From the NCBI RefSeq assembly GCF_009914755.1, contig NC_060925.1: a stretch of DNA of 64,000 nucleotides. One strand, written 5' to 3'. Source of the DNA: the human T2T-CHM13v2.0 reference genome, Homo sapiens. Below, one piece after another: positions 12,948 through 25,819 of the stretch; position 1 is the stretch's first letter; the number at the start of each line of letters is the position of its first letter. The notes under the pieces were generated by a model that searched no databases, was not told the DNA's origin, and was given only the letters and a program-made list of their open reading frames with translations. Position numbers and translations under genes: made by a program.

Positions 12948-15900
12948 CCTACATAAATGCCACTGTCTGGAGTTATGCCACGCTGCCGAATCGAACCTCC
13001 ACCAAGAAACCCTCATGCCACTTTTCCCAAAGGTCCCCTTCTTTATTTGTGTCCTCTATCATAAACTCTGTGTTTTGAAATATTTTTTTCTGATCAAATA
13101 GACTGAATTTTTAAAGGACCAGTAAATTATTTTCCCATCATTTTAATGAATCAAAATACACTAAAACAGCCACTGACATTTTGATCACCAGGAGATAACC
13201 ACGGTTACTGTTTTGAGTTGATTTCATTCCAGCCAAACACACATAGATTTGACATTTGAGTTAGCCTGTGAAACCTTAAAACAGGTGTTTCTTTTCCCTT
13301 AGGCCTTCTGATATATTAAGAATAACTAAAGAAGCTGACTGCTACCAGGACATTAATGCTTTACAGATTGTATTAGTCTACAATATTCTGCTTTAGGAAC
13401 CACAGACTTCCCTGTACCAAAATGGCAAGGTTAGTTAGTTGTTTATCGAGTTTAAAATTAGTGGAGGGGGAAAAGAAAAGAAAAACAGAAGTCAAGGTCT
13501 TTGTAGAAAATACCACAAAACACATACTCAAAAAGATTTTCTATGTTTCAATTAGATTTGTTAACTTGAGCAGAATAGAATGAAAAGCAGGAAAATGCCA
13601 ACAATTCTGCATTCTTCTTTATTCATCAAAAAGGAAAAAGTGAAGAAGAAATGGAATTACAATGTGTTTTATCTACTATGTGCAAGGAACTATAAAAGGA
13701 TAATGATCACAAGAACTTTTCTTGTTTAATAAAAAAAAAAGAAAACTGAGGTTTCATTTAGTTAAGTAAATTGTCACATATCTAATAAGTGATAAAGCCA
13801 GGATTTGAATTCAAGATTTCCTGGTTGAATGTCTAGGTGCATTTTTGGTGCATTATGCCATTCTACCTCCCTGCGAAGAAAACAATTCAAAGAACCATTT
13901 CCAAGCTCTTGCTTTGTGTCAGGCATTCATTTTCACTAATTGAACAAATATTTACTGAGGCTCTAGTATGCCCCAGATGCTCAGCCTGATACCTCTGGTA
14001 GCTCATGGTCTAACGGAAGAAGCAAGCATGTAGCTCAGGGAGACTCTGATAGGGGTGTAATGACGGTGGGAATAAACTGATGGAGGGGTGCAGAAAAGAG
14101 AGCTTTCTTCCTTGTTGTTTTTTTCACTATGGTTATCTCAGTGCTCCCAGATCTACAAGAAAGGATGGTCAGACCTATTCGAGCTCAAGCGAGGAATGAC
14201 ACTTGGGACACATCAACACGGGCTAAGGTCCCATTCCTTGTAACATATTATAAAACATGTAGCACATAAACCTGCCCCATCAAGGGAACCAGTGTAATTG
14301 GTGCACCTTCTCTCGTAGCATTTAAGGTGTTATCTCTATAAATACAGTGCATTTTGCTTTAATAAAAAATGAATTTTCCAGAACAGTGACAGTATTGACC
14401 TTACATATTATCCAAATAGAAATTATAATGAAACAAGTCGAACAGTGAGTAGTTATAATAGATATGCAAATATTGGTCTTTTCTTAAAGGTCTTTCGGCC
14501 TACTCACACGTGTCTCTTATGTGTCTGAGAGGGTGGATTCAGCCTGCATTTATAATCTAGGAGGACACAGAGGAGGAAGGGAGAGGGAGGAGGGGAAGTC
14601 TGTCAAACAATCACAGAGGATAAGAATCCAGGAAGATTGTGCTAGAGTCCATAGCTTCAGAAATGGGCTTTGGGGTAACTGTTCTGTGTTCAGTGTGTTC
14701 ACATGTGCAGTATCATTTTATCCACACCTGTGACACAGGTATGGCTGCTGTTATTTTATGAATGAGAAAACCAAGGCTCAGAAACATGTGTAACTTGCCC
14801 AAAATCACACAGCTGACAAATAGCATCATTAGACTCTGTGCTCCAATCTTCCCCCTCTAAGTTAGTTGATTTTTCAGCTCAAATTTACCTGGACGAGGTC
14901 CAGCTATAATCATCAAACGGAATCTATACATTTATTTCCTGAATAACTCAATGGATATTTATTGAACGTCTCCTGTGTGCTGTTCTGGGTGTTATAAGAA
15001 ACTTAAAAAAGCTGAGAAATGGTTTCTGATCTAAAGAGTTCACAGGTTGTCAAAGAGATGTCTACAGACTTCAGAGACTTAAAAATACAATTGAGGGAAG
15101 CAAACACACAACTCAACTCTCCTGAATACAACCCTACCATGAGCCTTTTTCCAAACTCACCAGCCAGTCTCCATCTGTAAAGTGGCACAGCTTTGTTTCA
15201 GAGTTTGCATGCAATGGCAAATGTGAATTGAAAGGCTATATTGTTCAATCTTTAATTATCTCTAGATAGAGTGTACCTTTGGTGGTCTACCAGTGGAAAT
15301 TTCTAGATGGTTTATTGAGCAGATGGGATGCAGCCATGGAAAAGTTTAATTTTTTTTCCCCATCACTATTTTCTCTCAAGCGCTGATGAATCTATCCCTT
15401 AATAACAAGCCTGGCAGACCTCTCAGCTTTCTTGTCACTTTCACGAATAAAAATGTCCAGATTAGATTAGTTTAAAACTTCAATCTCACCCAATTTGATG
15501 CTCACTTTTTCCTTCCACTCCTTTCCTGGTAGGCTTAGGTATGAGAGACTTGTAGGTAAGAGAAGGCATCTGCCCCCTGGAGACCTCCTCTTCCCCCTTA
15601 TTTCCTGGGATAGTGGGGTACAGGTAGAAATCGTATGGGATAAACATCTCTTATCTCAGGCTATTTCCCTCTTTTCTTGACTAACTTTAGCTGCCATTCA
15701 TACCTCCTGTGTTATAAGAAAGCAAGTAATGCCTCTAATCGCAGGAACATGCAAAGTCTCAAGGGCACCCTGCTTAGATAGGCATGGGTCTGATCAGCTG
15801 TATTAATAGACAGCACACCTGAAAAAAGCTACCAATCCCTCTAATCTCTGTGAGAAATTCTCTTGAAAATGCTTCACTTAGGTGGAGGACCACTTATTAG

Positions 15901-16214
15901 GGAGAGGAAGGAAAAACCACAGTACTCCTCCCAAGCGAACAACTTCTGCTCTGGCCTTTCTCCTCTAATCCCTAGACATCTATTTATACAAGCTTTGTGC
16001 AAATAGGTGGAGATGAGAGAGAACCAGGATGATGGCTGAGGACTCCAGAGTCCTCAAACTAGCGTCTGCATTATTCATTTGGTGCTTGGTTTCCCTTTGT
16101 CCTCAGCTTTGGGTTCTAGTTGCCAACCCTGGGCAGCCAGAGAAGATCTACTCCACAACCTGTATGTAAAATGGCAGTATTGACCTGTATATTATCTAAA
16201 ATCAGCAGGAACCT

Positions 16215-17515
16215 TGCCTGTTTGTTCACTAGAACACTATAGCTGGTACAAGCAGGGAAGACCTGCTCACAAGACATTTATATTTTAGAGCGAGACAAAA
16301 ATATATACATGCATACATAATAACAAACAAACAATACAAAGTCAGTGTTGTGTACTATGCAGATCATTATTGTAAGAAGTAACTGGAGCTAATTTAGATT
16401 ATATCATTAAGAAAGGCTATTTTAAGGAAGTGACATTTGGACTGTGATTTGAACGACAAGCAGAGAACCAGCATGTAAGATTAGAAGAGCCCATTCCAGT
16501 CAGCAGAGAATAGCTCATACAGAGGCCTTGGGAGGAAGGCCCTGTGGGTGGAGCAGAGTAGAAAAGGGCTGAAAGACCAGAGCTGAAAGTTTGGATCAGA
16601 GAGTAGGTAGGCCGTGGATCCCATAGGATTTTTTTCCCCTAAAGATATTTGGCTGGGTGCTGTGGTTCATGTCTGTAATCCCAACAATTTGGGAGGCCAA
16701 GGTGGAAGGATTGCTTGAGCCCAGGAGTTCAAGACCAGTATGGGTGGGCAGCATAGGAGAACTGGGCTCTACAAAAAATTTTAAAAATTAGCTGGGAATG
16801 GTGGTGCATGCCTGTAGTCCCAGCTACTCAGGAGCCTGAGGTGGGAGGATTGCTTTGTGCCCAGGGAGTTGAGGCTGTAGTGAGCCGTGATTGTACCACT
16901 TCACTCCATCCTGGGCAACAGAACAAGACCCTGTCTCCAAAAAAAAAAAAAAAAAAAAGTTAAAGTTTTTTTTATTATATTCTAGATGAAATGTGAAGCC
17001 ATGGGAAGATTTTAAGCAGGGAATGGCCATGACACATGTTTTAAAAAGATTTCTTCAGCAGCTTTTGGATTGTATGAGGCAAAAGTGGAAGTGAATAGAA
17101 GTGAATAGTAAATCAAACAAAAAATGATGAGTGGCTTGGGCTAGGTCTCTAGCAGTGAGAACAGAGGGAAATGGGAAAACTGATAGAGTCAGAGGAATAA
17201 TGCACCAAACTGGCTGATAAATTGAGTGCTGGGGGTGAGGAAAAGAGAAAATTCAAAAATAGCATGACCATTTTTGGCTTAAGGAACATGGTGGGTGGTG
17301 GTGCCGTTTCTGCACAACAGGAAAAATAAAGAAGTAGCCTAGAGGGTCAAGAGTTGTCTGTTAGTCATATAAGATTTGATATGACCTGTTAACTTCCAAA
17401 AGAGAAAGTCCAATAGGCACTGGGCATTTAGATGCACGGATCTGAAGTTCCTGAAGACATCAGGGTTAAAGAGGCATATTGAGGATTCATCCGAGTTTAG
17501 ATGGCACTTGAAGCT
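16215..17515 (-). mobile_element. L2 LINE fragment interrupted by an AluJ
   Basis: Reverse L2 phrases (gaagtgacatttggactgtgatttgaa; gaagccatgggaagattttaagcaggg; ggtgccgtttc). Confidence 0.65.
16651..16958 (+). mobile_element. AluJ
   Basis: Dimeric Alu with J diagnostics (ggattgcttgagcccaggag, gaggctgtagtgag) and a poly-A tail. Confidence 0.95.
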
Positions 17516-17529
17516 TTAAGATGGTAAGA

Positions 17530-17696
17530 CTTTCTGAAACAGCATGTTAATGGCATTCGAATCACCTGGGGATCTTGTTAAAATGCAGATTCTGATGCAG
17601 TGGGTCTGGGGTAGAGCCTGATAATGTGCATATCTGACAAGCTGGTAGGTAATGCAGGTGCTGTGTAGAGACCTCATTTTTCCTAACAAGGATCTC
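17530..17696. mobile_element. MER5 (hAT-Charlie) MITE
   Basis: gaatcacctggggatcttgttaaaatgcagattctgatgcagtgggtctggggtagagcctga. Confidence 0.85.
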
Positions 17697-18689
17697 TGTG
17701 AAATCCAACATCTATAGTGGGAAAAGGAGGAACCTGTAAAGGAGATGTCTCTCCTTCCCTCCCTCAATTCTTTCCATCCTCCCTGCCTTCCTCCACCCGT
17801 AAACATTTATGAGACCAATTAGGTGTCAGCAGTGGTGTTCAACAGTTTTCTTATGTTCCTGTATTGACTGAAGATTGCCAAACCTTAATTCAGTCTTTTA
17901 TTCTGCAAGTAAATTTCCCACTCCCTGCTGCTAAGACCTTTCTGCTGAACTGAAAGGCTCTGTTTACCTGTTTCCAGAAATATCCAGATTAGAAATTTAA
18001 GAATGTAAACACCTGTTTGATAGGATCCCCTTAGGAGCCTTAACTACCTTTATGCAGATGGTAGAGGGGGAGCAGGAAAATGTGGGGATAGGATGTTTTG
18101 GCTAAGCTTGACCTTGGGGATGAGAACAGTCGGGGAGTTAGAAATTCACCCATTGTCCAAATGCAACCAAGTGTGGAGTAGACAATTCTAATTTCAAGAA
18201 AGAGGAGGAAGATTGTGTCCTTCACAGCCAGGACTGTGTTCCATCAGAACCAATATTTATTGCGCTTGACAAAGGAAAAGAAAGAAAGGAAGAAAGAAAC
18301 AGGAGGGAGAAAAAAAGCACTGCCACCAACATCTAGTTAAGGGAAAACAACTCAGACTGAACATGACTCATCTGAAAGCAAACAAGTCAATTAAACAAGT
18401 GATGTCTCTGAAGCAATCCGGTCCCCCTCTAGCCCAGCTACTAAATTGCATCTTGCTTACTCCTCAGCTCGAAGACAGAAAAGAAACAGAAGGTGGGGAT
18501 GCAGCCTGGATTTATGTATGAAGAAAACGATGGTGATAAAAGACAGGGCTTTGAAAAGCAATCAGAGCTGCCAGCCTCCCAACTGAGAACTGTTTAAAAT
18601 AGCACCATCAAATAAAAGCTGCATATATACCAGTCAAATCCTAAGATCCCCTTTGGATATGATTTCCAGAATGCCAGAATAATGTGCTA

Positions 18690-18839
18690 TGTCTCCTTTT
18701 CTTTCTTCTCTCTCTTTCTGTCTTTCTCTCTCACTCCTTCTCTCTCCCAGCTCTTTCTGTCTCTCTCTCCCCCCGTCCACCTTCTGCCTCTCTCTGTCTC
18801 TCTCCCCCCCTTCCTTTCTTTCTCTCTCTCTCTCTCTCT

Positions 18840-18886
<47 letters not shown>
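18690..18886. repeat. Pyrimidine-rich (CT)n tract followed by (AC)~22
   Basis: Direct reading; the (AC)n run spans 18843-18886. Confidence 0.95.
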
Positions 18887-18888
<2 letters not shown>

Positions 18889-19591
18889 AAAGGATGCTGG
18901 GATCTAGGTTAGGTCTGAAGAGAGAAAGTGAGCTTGAGATCTATAATTTAGCAAAACACTTGGGTAGGGTAGAAAGAGGAGAGGATAGACCATTTCATTA
19001 GCCAACGATTCCATTCCTAGCACTTTTAATAACATGAATGTCTGGGTCATATGGAGGACTTCCCAGAGTGAAAAGCAATTTCACATTCATGATCCTAGGC
19101 AAGCCTTCTTACCACACCTGTGAAGGAAGTCAGAAATGTTGCCCCTCTTCTTCATATATGAAGAAACTAAGACACTCGAAGATATAATGGCATTTGTCTA
19201 AAATTACTTTGTAAATCAATGAAAGAGCCAGGACATAAACCAAGGGCTTTGGCACTCATGATCAGTGTTCTTTCCACTAAACCACACTAAACTTCTGGTT
19301 GGAGATGTGAAGAGTGACAGCTTTGTCCTCAAGATATGGCCAAGTTTGTGCATCCACTTCCCCTAAATGCAGTGAGTTCTCAGCTCTGAGGCATTGCCTC
19401 ATTCTGGAACATGAAGACCAGCAAGTCAAGTTAGTAAGTCTATTGCTCAGTGTCAGTGCCAGAGCTGTTCTAGCTACCCCAGGGGACACAGAGAAACCTA
19501 AGGCGTACCTACCACCTGGCTCTGCATGCTTCAGTAATCAACACATGTTGACTCATGAAGAAAGGTATGAGGAGGAGTTATGATAGGTAGA

Positions 19592-19638
19592 GATGATAGC
19601 AAGGGGTGAGAGTGATGATAGCAAGGGGTGAGAGTGAT
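19592..19638. repeat. 22-bp tandem duplication (gatgatagcaaggggtgagagt x2)
   Basis: Two identical adjacent copies. Confidence 0.9.
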
Positions 19639-21459
19639 AATTAACAATGATGGCAGTAGTATGGTTATTTATTCAGTTAGTATTTCCTATGTTTCTGGCT
19701 CAACGTTGCCACTGGAAGATGATGATGATAACAAAGATGATGATGGAGAGGACTATCCATCATGGCACTGAAAGTGTACAAGTTTGGAAGTTAAACTGAC
19801 CTAAGTTCAAAGCCCTGCTTCATCACTTACTCTTTGAGGGATTTTAGGCAAGGTGATTCATCCTTCCTCGAGCTTCAGCTTGTTCCTCTTTCAGATGGTG
19901 GCAATATCAACTACCTTGCTTGCCCTTACTGGGTTTCTTACTTCATGTCAATCAAATTGAGCACCTACCATTCACCAGACATGGTACTAAATGTTCAGTT
20001 CATAAAGATGAATAAGATTCCACCCCTGCCCTTGAAAAGGTTGTGTTCTAGTGGGGAAGACAGGGCTACATTCCAATACCTACTGTAAGCTACCTATGAA
20101 AATGGCAGTATGTGTGAGTTCTAGGAGCACAGAGGAAGGTGTGATTAATTCCACCTGGGCCAAGGGAAGGCTGCAAGGAGGAGGCATTTAAGGGGAGCCA
20201 TGTTGAAGTTTTATAGGTAGACAAGAGAATAGTGAATGCAAATGCACAGTAGTTTGAAACAGTGGCTGATTGTGGGAACAGCAAGCTGTTTTGTGACTAT
20301 AAAACACATTTGTGGATGTGAAGGCATTCTGAAAGCCATAAAGCACCATCTCTGCACACTTAGGGACACATTACATTGATACGGATCCCTGACCAGCATG
20401 AGGCACTGAGACTAAGTCCGTTCTTGCCGCCTTTTCATCTTTTTATCTGCCTTTAGACTGATTTCCACTGCACTTTCTGGAAAATAACAGCCTTTCTTCC
20501 ACAACCATGGAGCTGGACTCCTTCAAGCAAAGAAGGCAGAAAAAATAAGATTTTGTGGAAGAGGAGTCACTCAGAGACACACAGCAAAAGGGTGGGCTGA
20601 AGTTGCAACAGAAGCAGTTCAGAACATTTGCAGAAAGTCAAATACTGCGCTAATGAGAGAGTGTCAGGCTCAGGAGCAATCACATTAGAACCTATAGTAA
20701 CTTATTTTTTGATATAAAAATAATATATATTCCTTATAGAGTATTTGGAATTTGCACAAAATAAAAAGAATACTCAAAATCTCATCACTTAAATAACTTT
20801 GAAATTGTTTATTTTTTATTTCTTACAAAATTAGAATTATTCTAAATAAATTGCTTTGTAATCAGCTTTATTAAAATTAAACTATTTTTGTGAGCGTTTT
20901 CCCCATGTCATGAAATTCCTTTGCAACATGATATTTTACATTTTGAAATGCTTTAGATATAAAAGATGATTTAGAAAGTAACATAATGAATGCCCATGAA
21001 CCCAACCTCCCACCTAAGAAGTGAAACACTGCAGACACTGAAGCCCTGGTGTGTACCACGATTGCTGTGGCTGCTGAGCTGCAAGGAGGGAGACCATGGG
21101 CCCCTGCAGCAGACCACAGCCTTGCCCCTGGGTCTGGCCTCCTAGGGCCTACCTGCTTCTTTAATACTGGGAGGGCTCCATGCTAGCACATTCAAAGTGT
21201 GTGGTTAGAGAGAAAAGAACTTCATGATTCACCCCAACAAACGAGGTCTGGGGGTGTCCCCACTAGGTGCATTCTGCTCTTCTGCAGATTGGACCACTAA
21301 GGACAGGCTTTCATTGTGTCCATAAACCCCCACTATCATGCAATGACCCACATGTTTGTCTGTATCTCTTTTTACTGTTTTTCAGGGCAGGGACCTTGTC
21401 TTTCCTGTTCATCTTAGCACCTATCACAGTGCCTGGTAAGAGGTTATATTTTTTTAAAG

Positions 21460-21562
21460 CTGAATCTAGCCAATTCTGCAAACCACAGTTTTGTTAGGGG
21501 GAAGTTGATCAGGTATAAGTTAGTGTATAGGTTCGGGGACTTTGCAGCCTTGCCCTTTTTTC
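21460..21562 (+). repeat. ~100-bp local direct duplication, copy A (partner 23420-23521)
   Basis: Colinear match including ccaattctgcaaa, cagttttgttag, ggaagttgatcag, agttagtgta, ggggactttgca and a terminal T-run. Confidence 0.9.
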
Positions 21563-21794
21563 TGACCCGGAGCAGAGGTTAACAATGTGAGGTGTAAGAT
21601 CGGATTCTGGCTTTCAGTCTCAGCTCTACCATTTACTTATTATTTAACTCCCTGAGCCTCAGTTGCTTCACTAATAAAACAGGAGAACCCTAGTCTTACC
21701 TGCCTTCTCTGCTATTATTAACATTTGAGGCCCACAGCCCACATTCTCATGGTCCCTTCATTGTAGCCTAACATCCCACCATCAAAGATCCCCC

Positions 21795-22035
21795 TTTTTT
21801 TTTTTTTTTTTTTTTTTTTTTGAGACGGAGCCTCACTCTGTTGTCCAGGCTGGAGTGCAGCGGTGTGATTTCACTGCAATCTCCACCTCCTGGGTTCCAG
21901 CAATTCTCCTACCTCGGCCTCCCAAGTAGCTGGGATTACAGGTGCATGCCACCACACCCAGATAATTTTTGTATTTTTAGTAGAGATGGCGTTTCACCAT
22001 GTTGGCCAGGCTGGTCGTGAACTCCTGACCTTTAG
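21795..22035 (-). mobile_element. AluS lacking ~50 bp of its 5' end
   Basis: Poly-T, right arm and partial left arm ending at actcctgacct. Confidence 0.9.
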
Positions 22036-22039
22036 GATA

Positions 22040-22550
22040 ATCATATTCCCATGGAATGTTAAATCAGTACATACATGCTCTCTTCTCCCAGAAACTGCTC
22101 CATCCCAGTCTCCATGAATATTAAGTGAGATTTGGTATTTAAATTCCCTGGCCCTGGACACAGCTGATTGATCCAGATGTGGCATCTTGGCCTAGCTGGG
22201 TTAAGACACTTTTCTCTGGGATTTAAAAAATTTAAACCCAGACTGCCAAGGTTGGTCCCTCCTAGTGGCACATGCTGAAAGATGAAAACCTCAAGTTTTC
22301 CATTATGTCTCCATCCTTTGAGGGAAAAATACTGACCTACATTGAGAGCAAATAATTAACACATGAAAAGAAGCTCAAGTGAGAGGTGGACTAGTCCAGC
22401 TTTTGAGTCCATGATCTAGGAGTTGTTAAGACACAGTTGCCTCCCTGTCCTTCCTGAATGTTGGTATTTAGACCATTTCTTGGATTCCCAGGGCCAATAA
22501 ATTTTCTCTTTGCTTATGTTCAAGTTTGCTTTCTATCACTTGTAGCTGAA
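22040..22550 (+). mobile_element. Old MaLR LTR (MLT1J/K/L-like)
   Basis: ccctggacacagctgattgatccaga...; 3' end aataaattttctctttgctta...tatcacttgtagc. Confidence 0.55.
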
Positions 22551-22782
22551 TGTGGGGGTAGGGGTGGAGAGAGAGATTATTACCTCAATTTAATACTCCC
22601 AGAAGGGGCAATGCATTCCATCAGTGACATCTTAGAGTAAGTTAGAATCAGAGAACTTCAAATGAGGAAAGCACATTAGATCTAATCTAATCCAAACTCT
22701 TCATTTGCCAGTGAGAAAACTGCAGTCCAAGGAGGGGATAGAGTTTGCCCAAATCACTCTGTGGGAAAAGGCAGAACTACAA

Positions 22783-23151
22783 TGTCTTAGCCAGCTTGGG
22801 CTTCCATAACAAAATACCATTGACTGGGTGATTAAACAACAGAAATTTATTTTCTTACATTTCCGGAGGCAGAGAATCCAAGATCAAGGTCCAGCAGGGT
22901 TCAATTTCTGGCTTGCAGAGAGCTGCCTTCTCACTGTCTGCTCACATGGCAGATAAAGACAGAAATCAAGCTCTCTGCTGTCTCTTCTTATAACAGCACT
23001 AACCCATCAGATCAGGGTCCATCCTCATAACTTCACCTGTCCCCTAATTACCTCTCAAAGGCCCCATCTCCAGATGTTATCACATTGTAGGGGTTAGGGC
23101 TTCAATATATGAATTTGGGTTTGGGTTGGGAGCACAGTTTAACCCATAACA
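22783..23151 (-). mobile_element. MaLR solo LTR (MLT1A-like)
   Basis: tgtcttag...ccataacaaaatacca...aaacaacagaaatttatt...cccataaca; TSD tacaa/tacag. Confidence 0.9.
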
Positions 23152-23419
23152 TACAGCTTTAGAATTTGTAGGACTGGAAATATCTTTAAATATCATCTAA
23201 TCCAAATTTCTTATTTGTAAGTAAAGGGAAAATTAAAGACCAAGCAGATATAGAAATTTTCCAAGGACCTATAATGACCCACTGGCAGATTTTACCTGTC
23301 AGATTATCCTCTGATAGGCTAAGAAAATCTAGGGGCAGCAAGAAATATGTGAAGCTGCAGCGAGGCAACTGGTGTGGTCTGTTAATGGGGAGGGAATAAC
23401 GGTAAATAAGTAAAGACAA

Positions 23420-23521
23420 CTGCATCTGGCCAATTCTGCAAACTCAGTTTTGTTAGAAGGAAGTTGATCAGTGCGAGTTAGTGTACAGGTTAGGGGACTT
23501 TGCAAGCTTTGCCTTTTTTTC
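23420..23521 (+). repeat. ~100-bp local direct duplication, copy B (partner 21460-21562)
   Basis: See copy A. Confidence 0.9.
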
Positions 23522-24119
23522 CCATCCTTCTGCAGCCAATCACCAATTATTTGTCCGCTCCACAGCCCTGAGTATTTGGATATGCAAATCAACTGTGTCC
23601 ATGCATAATTAAGACAGACACTGTGGAAAGTTTCATCTTCCAGGGGAAAGGCTGCCAGACAGCTGGAAAGAAAGGTCAGCATGGATCACTGCCTTACTTT
23701 CTTGTCTCAGACTGTAAGTTGAGTCTAATCACATCCAGCTTCCTCTTGCCCTTTTATTCTCTTCTGTTGCTGCACTGGGGAGCCTCAGGGGGAGCCCTTA
23801 TCTCCCTTCTAGCCCCGGAAAGACCCTGGGGCTTTCCATAGAACAGTGCATGGATTGGGTATTAGGTTGGTGCAACATATTTTCTGCCTTAAATAAGAGC
23901 GGAGGTAGGTAGCTCTACGCCTAGAGGTAGAAATATGCCCTCTTTCTGGAGTCAGCAGGCTCACTTTATGACCCAGGCAGACTGAGTGATGTCTGAAGGA
24001 CCAACATTTGGAGAATGTTTACAGAAGTAGAATCTGCAGGTCATTAAGCTACTGCCTCCCAACCCCAGACACACCTTTAATACACTGCTGTGTCATGCTG
24101 GAACTGGGATGTGAACCCT

Positions 24120-25240
24120 TGAGGAGGGAAGCCTGTCCCATCTGGAGCAGATACCTGTAAGGAGGTGTGAAGAGGTTGGCTTGGGAGTAGGAAGAGAGGT
24201 TGGAAACTGGAACCAACTGCTGCTGGAAGCAACTAGCACTTTAAGGTAATGAGCTATTCCTGGGGTAACAGAAACTAGAATAGCAAACAAATGGGGAGCA
24301 GAAAGTCCTTCTCCCTCTTCCAGTCTTCCAGTCTGGCAGAAGCTAGCAGGAAGCCAGCTAATAACAGAGAAATGTGTTTTCATAGTCCGAATCCCAGCAT
24401 AGCAGAACACAGAAAGGATGGTTGGTTTGGAACCAGAGATGCTAATAGCTTAATACCTGGCACAGTCCACTCCTTTGGCTACTCAGCCTCCACACCTACC
24501 CTTTTTTGCATATTTGAACTTAGTCACAGTTACTCCCGAATATTCTGTAAGTTATATACCACATTGTAATGTTAATCACCAATATCCTTCCTTATATGAA
24601 ATAATAAAGGGAAGAGAGGAGAGAGAAGATGTGTCTGTATTTATATACATGTGTGTATGTGTACTTGTAACAAACAAGGGGAAAAAATCCACATAACTTC
24701 CACTATCTTGGTTTCTGTGACTGGCCAAAGGCCATAGTGTTTACAATTTCTTTTTTCCCTATTATTTCTTGTTACCCTTTTCCTCAGCCAGGATCTCACC
24801 TAGCTGGGTTCTTCACATGATTGTGTGACCTAAATCTCCATTCTTGAGGAGTCCAAATCATTTGTCCTTTCTTACTCTGGTTGCTGTCATTTTCCATTAA
24901 CTTTTACCATGAGATATGCACTTACCAAGAGATGTTTCAGAGAATTCCCTAACTTCTAGTCCCTGACTTCATAGTTCTCCCTGCCCTCGTTGCGTAGAAG
25001 TTACCCAATTTCTCCTTGGAAATTAGGTTCAATTACTCCAATCAGTACATTAACCTCCTTCTCTTCTTGGTTCAGTGGCATGAGAAGACTAAAACAGCCA
25101 AGTCTCTCAGCTTCCAAATCAATGAGATTAGTGTTTTGTCTTCTGGAGAAAGCATTTCTCTAATGAGAATAAAGACATCCAAGTCAACAGAACACAAAGT
25201 TTCCAAGATAAAAACCAAAGACTCCACAAGAGAGTCATAG
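24120..25240 (-). mobile_element. ERVL remnant: LTR41-like LTR plus adjacent internal sequence
   Basis: Minus strand reads PPT-like ccaaaggagtggac then TGTGCCAGGTATTAAGC (LTR start at 24464); ERVL-int-like sequence follows on the right. Confidence 0.55.
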
Positions 25241-25244
25241 TAGA

Positions 25245-25819
25245 TAGGGAGTTATGTCACTCAGACCAACTCCTCAAGGAATGCTTACTGCCCAGTTGTG
25301 AGGGTGTGGTCTACAGAGAGTCTGGAGCTGTCAGTTTTAGGCTCCACTTCAGATGCAAAGAGCCACTTTAACAAAATTACACTCCTTATGGGGCTTCATG
25401 TGTCTGGTGACTGCGTGAGGTAGGACTATACAGATCTGGCCATTTCTGCCAAATGCAGAACAGCTGTGATGGGTAACACTTGTTTCAGTTCCTTCCCTGG
25501 TTGACCAATGCTTTATTGAGTCTGAACTTTTGTTTGAATTCTCCCTCTGACCAATCTTGCCTCAACCTCCTTCTTTTCACAGGTGTTGATTGTGCAACCC
25601 AAACTCCGTCTCAACATCAACTTATAGAAAAATCCAACTTTCTAGAACTAGGACTAGGATGAGGCAAGATAAGCACCAAGGGCACAAAATTTAAGGAGGC
25701 ATTCACTCTCTATTGCTAACTCTATACTTGCACAAAACTGAGATCAAGTACCTCCTTAAATTTTGTGTCCTAGGCCCCTCACTTGCCTCACCCTAGTCCT
25801 GACCCTGCAACTTGTGACA
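25245..25819 (+). mobile_element. LTR16-family ERVL LTR (interrupted by MER96)
   Basis: ttcacaggtgttgat...ctccgtctcaac...caacttgtgaca end, then the HERV16-like internal start gttggtatgaagagtggtcc. Confidence 0.6.
25643..25807. mobile_element. Palindromic hAT MITE (MER96-like)
   Basis: Arms ggactaggatgaggcaag...cacaaaatttaaggagg / cctccttaaattttgtg...cttgcctcaccctagtcc; degenerate 8-bp TSD caactttc/caacttgt. Confidence 0.85.

Noticed and set aside
18634-19001. Overlapping ORFs with (CV)n, (HT)n and (ER)n runs
   Set aside because: Translations of microsatellites
22254-22271. CTCF-like motif (CCACTAGGAGGGAC on minus)
   Set aside because: Mismatches in the GGC core and located inside a decayed LTR; not supportable from sequence alone
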